A DNA stretch of 64,000 bases from Candidatus Multivoradales bacterium (GTDB taxonomy: Bacteria; Acidobacteriota; Thermoanaerobaculia; Multivoradales; JAHEKO01): the NCBI GenBank assembly GCA_965223155.1, contig CBDCVR010000014.1, positions 608,001 through 672,000 on the forward strand, written 5' to 3'. The notes beneath the pieces were generated by a model. That model was given only the letters and a program-made list of their open reading frames with translations. It was not told the DNA's origin and ran no database searches. Both the position numbers and the translations under genes were made by a program. Below are positions 58,347-64,000 of this stretch, in pieces. How positions within the stretch are numbered: position 1 is the stretch's first letter; the number at the start of each line of letters is the position of its first letter.

Positions 58347-60071
58347 ATGAAAGTCCACGACTCGCGCCGCCTGACCGGTCCCAACCTGTTGACGGATCGG
58401 CCGGCGGCGGTACTGGACGTCGCCCTGACCCAAGACGCCGATCCGGACCGAGAGGCCGAGACGGTGGCGAGATGGCGCCGTCAGGCGACGCGCATGCTGG
58501 AAGCGGTGGACTGGAGCGCACAGCTTTTCGACCGGTCGTTTCCGGGCGGCTTGAGCGTCGCCCTCCAAGCTCCGATCGATGCGCTCTACGCCGCCACCGA
58601 GATCAACGAATGGGCCTGGGCGGCAGCGGTCGCCAGCGGCCCAGACGCCGCTGATGGCGAGGCGCCCGAACCGTTCGAGGCCGCCCGCGGCCGGTTGCTC
58701 GAGACCATCGCCGAAGAGCGCAATCCCGCGCTTCTCGCGCTCGCCGCCGAAGCCGATGCGCGCGGGACTCCCTTCCTGTCCGACGACGACGTCGCGTCGG
58801 TCGGGCTGGGCACCGGCTCGCGAAGCTGGCCGGTGTCCCGGCTTCCGGCCGCCGGCGAGGTTCCCTGGGAAAGCTGCCACGCCGTCCCGGTCGCCCTCAT
58901 CACCGGCACCAACGGCAAGACCACGACCGTGCGTCTGCTGGCCTCGATCGCCCGAGCCGCCGGCCACCTTCCGGGAGTCTCGTCCACCGACTGGATCGCC
59001 GCCGGCAATGACGTCCTCGACCGAGGAGACTACTCCGGACCCGGCGGCGCGCGCCAGGTGCTCCGGGACCGGAGGGTCGAGATCGCCTTCCTGGAGACCG
59101 CCCGCGGCGGCATGCTGCGCCGGGGCCTGGCGGTGTCCGACGCCGATGTCGGGCTGGTGACCAACGTGGCCGCCGACCACCTCGGTGAGTTCGGCATCCA
59201 CGATCTCGAGGCGATCGCCGGTTGTAAGTTCCTCGTCGCCAAGGCCGCCCGGCATCTCGTCCTGAACCTGGACGATCCGGTCGTGCGCCGCCGAGGCCTC
59301 GAAGCCGACCACGGCCGGCCCGTCACCTGGTTCTCGGTCCAGCCGACCGCCGGGCCGGCGGCGACGATCTTGGCCGAGCACCTGGAGGCCGGCGGCCGAG
59401 CGTGCGTGCTCGAGCGTGGCCGCCTGCTGCTTAAGGACGCTGATCGCTCGGTCGCCCTAGCCGAGATCGCCGAGATCCCGATCGCACTCGGCGGCGCGGC
59501 GCGGCACAACGTGGCCAACGCGCTGGCCGCGGCCGGGGTCGCTTGGCTCTTGGGACTCGACCCGCGCTCGATCGCCGAGGGCCTGAGACGGTTCGAGAGC
59601 ACGCCCGATACCAATCCCGGCCGCCTCAACCTGTTCGACTTCAACGGCGCCCGGCTTGTGGTCGACTTCGCCCACAACCCGCACGGCATCGATGCCCTCT
59701 TGACCATGGCCGCGGAGCTGCCCGCGTCCCGCCGGCTGATCTCGATCGGCCAGGCCGGAGACCGGGACGACGAATCGATCCTGGAGCTGGCACGCACCGC
59801 CTGGCGCGCCCGGCCGGACCGGATCCTGGTCAAGGAGCTCAGCGAGTACCTGCGCGGCCGCGCCGAAGGCGAGGTCGCGGAACTGCTCGAGACCGAGCTG
59901 CGCCGGCTCGGCGCCGGCGACGACCATCTGGCGCGAGCGGCCACCGAGCTCGACGCCGCCGGCCAGGCGCTGGACTGGCTCCAGCCCGGCGACCTCGCGC
60001 TCCTGATCGTCCATTCGGGCCGGGACGAAGTTCTCGACCTTCTGCGCCAGCGCGGCGCCACTGCCGGCTAG
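58347..60071 (+). CDS. CphA-derived Mur-ligase protein lacking the ATP-grasp domain
   Basis: CphA-like start (SRRLTGPNL), then directly ITGTNGKTT, ETARGG, NVAADHLG, GRLN, DFAHNP and GDR; 574 aa. Confidence 0.85.
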   Translation: MKVHDSRRLTGPNLLTDRPAAVLDVALTQDADPDREAETVARWRRQATRMLEAVDWSAQLFDRSFPGGLSVALQAPIDALYAATEINEWAWAAAVASGPDAADGEAPEPFEAARGRLLETIAEERNPALLALAAEADARGTPFLSDDDVASVGLGTGSRSWPVSRLPAAGEVPWESCHAVPVALITGTNGKTTTVRLLASIARAAGHLPGVSSTDWIAAGNDVLDRGDYSGPGGARQVLRDRRVEIAFLETARGGMLRRGLAVSDADVGLVTNVAADHLGEFGIHDLEAIAGCKFLVAKAARHLVLNLDDPVVRRRGLEADHGRPVTWFSVQPTAGPAATILAEHLEAGGRACVLERGRLLLKDADRSVALAEIAEIPIALGGAARHNVANALAAAGVAWLLGLDPRSIAEGLRRFESTPDTNPGRLNLFDFNGARLVVDFAHNPHGIDALLTMAAELPASRRLISIGQAGDRDDESILELARTAWRARPDRILVKELSEYLRGRAEGEVAELLETELRRLGAGDDHLARAATELDAAGQALDWLQPGDLALLIVHSGRDEVLDLLRQRGATAG

Positions 60072-60103
60072 GCCCGCGGTCCGGCGAATCGGACGAGAGC
60101 CGG

Positions 60104-62920
60104 CTACCGACCCGAAGCGTCGAGGCCGAAGGCGCTCTCGCGCCCGAGATCGTAGATCGCGATGGCCTCGGCGGCATGGTCGGCGGCGGGATTCGCCGCG
60201 CGGTGCTTGGCGATGGCCCGCCCGCGGGCGTTGTCGTCCGGCTTGTACTTGCGATAGAGCGCGAAGTGCTCGGAGGCCTTGTCGCGCTCGCCCAACTGCT
60301 TGTAGATGAGATCCAGGTTGTAGTGGGCGGTGACGTTCTCCGGGTCGATCTCGAGCACGCGCGCGAACTGATCCAGGGCCTCGCGCAGCAGCCGCTCGCG
60401 TTCCCCGCCGGCCTGACGACGCTCCAGCTTGGCCCGCTCGAACAGAGTCTGGCCGAGCTCGTTCAGCAGCCGGTAGTCCAGGCTGAAGTCGAACTCCCGC
60501 CGCCGGGTCTCGGCGTCGTCCAGCTCGAGAATGGAGCGGAAGTTGGCGATGGCTTCGTCCAAGAAACCGTTCTGCTTGTTGACCAGGCCGGTGAACCAGG
60601 CGACCGACCAGGCCGGAGCCGGCGGGTCGAAGCCGGCGGCGCGATCCAGCGCGGCGATCGCGGCGTCCCGGACCGTCCCCTGGGCGAGATAGACGCGAGC
60701 CAGATTCAAGGGTCCGTCCGGACGCCCCAACGCTTCGACCCGGGCGAAGGCGGCTTCGGCCTGGCGCAGCTCGCCCTTGGTCTTGCCGCCCTTGCGCAGG
60801 AGCCCGATGCCGTAGTCGTTCCAGCGCTGCCACTCGGGAATCTCGCTCGCGGCGTTCTCGACCGCGGTCACAGCTTGCCCGGCGATCGGAAACACCAGAG
60901 AGTCGGTCGCCAGCGTCATGATCGGCAGGTCATTGACCCAGTCCTCGCCCAGCACGTGCTGCATCACCCGGGTGTCGAACTTGCGATAGCGCAGAGCCAG
61001 GTCCACCCGTATCGGTCCGACGGCGTCGGCGGGGACATCCAGCCGGTAGTGCACGACCTCGGCCGCTCCCGGCGGGATCTGGTGGTCGTAGAGCGACACG
61101 AAGATATCCTGCGGATTGCGGCGTTCGATGCGGTCGCCGTGCCGGTCCAGGATGTAGGAATTCACGAAGAACGACCAGGGATCGACGCCGCCTTCGGCGT
61201 CCACGGCGCCGCTACGGCCAACCACCCGGCCGCTCTCGGCCACCGTGACGTCCAACCACGCTTCGTTCGAATCGGTCGTGCCCTGGGTGAAATGGTGCCC
61301 CATCTTGACCGTGCGAATCACCGCCTCGAGCAGATAGCTGCGGCCCGGCACCAGGGCCGGGACCTCGGGCCGGAGCGGAGCCACCAACTCGCCTTCGATG
61401 GTGCCACCCTCGCGCAACCCGAACAGATCGACGCGCATCACGCCCTCGTTGAATCGCTGGTGCGCCTCGACCGCCTCCGAGGGCATATCCAAGAGGTACG
61501 GAATTGCGGTGTTGGCGCTCGGGAACTGGTGGTCGTGGGTCGAAAGCTGACCCGAGCCGTCGAAGTCTTGAGCCCCGAATTCCTCGGAGGGCGTAAGCGG
61601 CATGTGGCAGCCGTTGCAGTTGTGCTCGGCCTTTTCCGGGTAGTAGAAGCTCTGCACGCCGTGTCCCGAGACTCCGCTTAGCAGATACGAGTCGTAGTGG
61701 TTCTGACCTCGCAGCCACTTGTACTTGTTGAGCTCCTCCGGGAGGTGCACCTTGTGGCAAGCGCCGCAGAACTCGGCAGTCTTGTGAAAGGGCTTCAGGA
61801 AGGTGCGCTTGTGGAACTCGGGCTTGGCTTTGACCAGTTGCTCGTTGGTCCAGCGCAGCAAGGCGCTGTCGCTGAAAGCGAAGGGATAGTGCTGCGGCTC
61901 CTCGATGGTGAAATCGGCATTGCCGCGCGGTGAGTTGACGTTGGTGATGGCGTGGCACACGGTGCAGGTCACACCCGCCCCCGCGGTCGGGTCGTGGAGG
62001 TCGTCGAAGTCGGGGTCGTCGAACTTCCCGGTAAAAAACGGTACCGGGTCGTGGCAGCCGGCGCAGAAGCGGGAGGCCTGGACGTCGCCGTCGCGTTCGA
62101 AGGCCACTTGGCGGGTCTCACGCACCGAAAAGAGATAGACGGGGTTGTTGAACGAGCTCAGCCGGTGGGCGCTGGCCTTCCAGGAGTCGTGCGCGTCTTC
62201 ATGACACGCGCGGCAGTACTCGTCGTTCATCAGGACCCGCTCTGGGATGAAGTCGCCGGTGGCCGTCCGCGCCAGCGACGGGAAGAAGTACTGCTCGCCC
62301 GACGCCGGTCCCTCCACGTTCCAGCTCCTCGGGTCCTGCGCTTGCAGCAGCAGGAGACCGATCGAAACCACGCCGGCGACCGCGGCCCAGCGCAGTCCGA
62401 TGCGCCACTTGATGCGGGGACCCGCCAGGCGATGCAGGATGAAGAGCCACACGGCCACGAGCGGGGTCAACACATGGATCCAGAAGGCCACCGACCGGAC
62501 CGCGGGGTCCTTGACCACGATGATGCCCTCGAGCCGGGTCAGGACCACTCCGGAGGCGACCAGGGCCAGGGCCACGGCGAACAGGCCCCAACCGACCCAG
62601 ACCGCCCGTCGATTCGGCCGGTTGTAGGTGTTGCGCGCGTGCATCAGCGCGAAAGCCAGGAGCGGCAGGATCAACACCAGGCCCAAAACCAGGTGTCCCA
62701 GGAACATGATCATGTAGAACCAGTTCTGGTAGACCTCGTCTCGAGCCCACTCCAACACCCGGACCCCTACGAGATAGGCGGAGTTCACGACCAGCAAGGC
62801 AAAGAGCCCGAAGACTCCGGCCAGGACCCGGCGCAGACGCGGTCCGATCGCGCGCCGTTGCTTGCCTTTGGGCTTGCCCGCCGTCCGGGGCCGCGAAGTG
62901 GATGGGGTTGAATCGGCCAT
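60104..62920 (-). CDS. Membrane protein: His-containing TM bundle + pentaheme cytochrome c + TPR
   Basis: About five N-terminal TM helices; CxxCH x5 (CRACH, CAGCH, CTVCH, CGACH, CNGCH); TPRs from RWNDYGIG onward. Confidence 0.88.
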   Translation of the reverse strand: MADSTPSTSRPRTAGKPKGKQRRAIGPRLRRVLAGVFGLFALLVVNSAYLVGVRVLEWARDEVYQNWFYMIMFLGHLVLGLVLILPLLAFALMHARNTYNRPNRRAVWVGWGLFAVALALVASGVVLTRLEGIIVVKDPAVRSVAFWIHVLTPLVAVWLFILHRLAGPRIKWRIGLRWAAVAGVVSIGLLLLQAQDPRSWNVEGPASGEQYFFPSLARTATGDFIPERVLMNDEYCRACHEDAHDSWKASAHRLSSFNNPVYLFSVRETRQVAFERDGDVQASRFCAGCHDPVPFFTGKFDDPDFDDLHDPTAGAGVTCTVCHAITNVNSPRGNADFTIEEPQHYPFAFSDSALLRWTNEQLVKAKPEFHKRTFLKPFHKTAEFCGACHKVHLPEELNKYKWLRGQNHYDSYLLSGVSGHGVQSFYYPEKAEHNCNGCHMPLTPSEEFGAQDFDGSGQLSTHDHQFPSANTAIPYLLDMPSEAVEAHQRFNEGVMRVDLFGLREGGTIEGELVAPLRPEVPALVPGRSYLLEAVIRTVKMGHHFTQGTTDSNEAWLDVTVAESGRVVGRSGAVDAEGGVDPWSFFVNSYILDRHGDRIERRNPQDIFVSLYDHQIPPGAAEVVHYRLDVPADAVGPIRVDLALRYRKFDTRVMQHVLGEDWVNDLPIMTLATDSLVFPIAGQAVTAVENAASEIPEWQRWNDYGIGLLRKGGKTKGELRQAEAAFARVEALGRPDGPLNLARVYLAQGTVRDAAIAALDRAAGFDPPAPAWSVAWFTGLVNKQNGFLDEAIANFRSILELDDAETRRREFDFSLDYRLLNELGQTLFERAKLERRQAGGERERLLREALDQFARVLEIDPENVTAHYNLDLIYKQLGERDKASEHFALYRKYKPDDNARGRAIAKHRAANPAADHAAEAIAIYDLGRESAFGLDASGR

Positions 62921-63016
62921 GGGTATCCGCGGATCCGGAGCGATCTTAGCAGCGCTCCGGACACCCAGAGATCGTGGCCCGGTTACTTTCTTGCTTGCTT
63001 CCGTGTCTAAGGAGGT

Positions 63017-63757
63017 ATGGAGAGCGCCCAAAGACCTGCACGGACGCCCAAACAGATGCCCAAACCGTCATCGCAGCCTGCCCAGACCGGAGCCCGCGCG
63101 AACACGCCGTCCCCAAGAGACGACGAAGATCGACTCTCGCGGCGGGCCGCTCGGGGCGACCGCGAGGCCGCCGGACGGCTCGCCGAGCTCACCTACGGTC
63201 GAACCTTCGCCGGACTCGTCCAGCTCTCCGGCGATCCCGAGCTCGCGGCCGACCTGACCCAGGAAACCTACCGGCGGGCCTGGTCGGCGCTGGCGAGCTT
63301 TCAGGGCAAGGCTCGATTCTCGACCTGGCTCTACCGGATCGCCTACACCACCTTTCTCAACCACGTTCGCAAACCCCGGAGGCTGGCCCCGCTTGACGAG
63401 ACCCAGGTCGACAACATCGTGGACCCGAGTCCGAGTGCCGACGACAACGTCCTGCGCGCACGCCGAGCCGCACGCCTCCGGCGAGCGGTCCTGGGCCTTC
63501 CCGACGAGCTCCGCTTCGCCGTCACCGCCCGCTACTGGGGCGAAGTGCCGGTGCGGGAGATCGCCAGACAAGAGGGGCTAAGCGCCGTCGGCATTCGCAA
63601 GCGGCTGCTCCGAGCCTACGACCGCTTGGCCGAGGACCTGGGCACCGATCTCGAACGCCTCAACAACCGCGCCGGAGCGGAAGCCGCTGGCCCAGCTGGC
63701 CCAGCTAGCCCCGGTGGCCCCAGTGGACACGAGAACCCCGGGAAGGAGTCGCGATGA
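63017..63757 (+). CDS. ECF RNA polymerase sigma factor
   Basis: Region 2 (AADLTQETY…FSTWLYRIA) and region 4 (LPDELR…EIA…IRKRLLRA). Confidence 0.9.
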   Translation: MESAQRPARTPKQMPKPSSQPAQTGARANTPSPRDDEDRLSRRAARGDREAAGRLAELTYGRTFAGLVQLSGDPELAADLTQETYRRAWSALASFQGKARFSTWLYRIAYTTFLNHVRKPRRLAPLDETQVDNIVDPSPSADDNVLRARRAARLRRAVLGLPDELRFAVTARYWGEVPVREIARQEGLSAVGIRKRLLRAYDRLAEDLGTDLERLNNRAGAEAAGPAGPASPGGPSGHENPGKESR

Positions 63758-64000
63758 ATCGTTCCAAACGCCAACTCGTGGAGGAGCTCCTCGAGCGTCC
63801 TCCGATCTCCGAGGTGGATCCTCCAGCCGAACTGCTGGACCGGATCCGAGCGGACATTCCGGAAGCGCTGGACGCCGCCGAAGCCGCCGCCGAAGCCGCC
63901 GCCGAGTCCTCCACCGCACCTCCCGAGAACGGCGAGGGAGCTTGGCCAGCTTCCGGCTCCGGGTCCGAAACCAGGCATGGGCGCGGCGGCATGCGCTGGC
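63754..64000 (+). CDS. Probable anti-sigma factor or partner protein, 3'-truncated by the window edge
   Basis: SD AAGGAG; ATGA overlap with the sigma stop; MNRSKRQLVEELLE…PPAELLDRIRADIP; open to the window end and absent from the ORF track. Confidence 0.6.
   Translation, partial: MNRSKRQLVEELLERPPISEVDPPAELLDRIRADIPEALDAAEAAAEAAAESSTAPPENGEGAWPASGSGSETRHGRGGMRW

Noticed and set aside
1-64000. tRNA (including selC), rRNA, integrase, transposase or prophage genes
   Set aside because: None recognised by eye on either strand; a tRNAscan/Infernal run is needed to exclude them formally.

Overview
GC-rich (~70%) bacterial chromosomal segment with about 50 protein genes. The acidobacterial VWA proteins, CRTAC1/ASPIC-UnbV protein, TIGR02266-like PilZ protein and multiheme-TPR protein suggest Acidobacteriota (inference). 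Recognisable genes include an RND pump, a GGDEF protein, thyA-folA, a peroxiredoxin, a Leu/Val/Phe dehydrogenase, a Tat-signal TldD, sahR-ahcY, hslO, a pseudouridine synthase, sixA, ppk1, alpha-2-macroglobulin, YceI, a 7Fe ferredoxin and an ECF sigma with a probable anti-sigma. No tRNA, rRNA, CRISPR array, transposase or integrase was recognised. Main findings: (1) Two ORFs at 21733-22425 read as one MerB-like lyase with an in-frame TGA at the second catalytic Cys position, followed by an fdhF-like SECIS hairpin. This is a probable selenoprotein, divergent from Hsp33 and outside any mer operon. (2) The operon iadA-cphB-cphA ends in a CphA paralogue that keeps the Mur-ligase module but lacks the ATP-grasp module. 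(3) A cytochrome b-like/pentaheme c/TPR membrane protein and a CRTAC1 protein flank that operon. (4) An AT-richer three-gene toxin-antitoxin islet is bracketed by imperfect inverted repeats. (5) Smaller signals are a SahR-type operator palindrome, a nitrilase lacking the triad Lys, a frameshifted secreted gene, a structured intergenic element and several apparently leaderless genes. All family calls come from motif recognition by eye; no database search was run.
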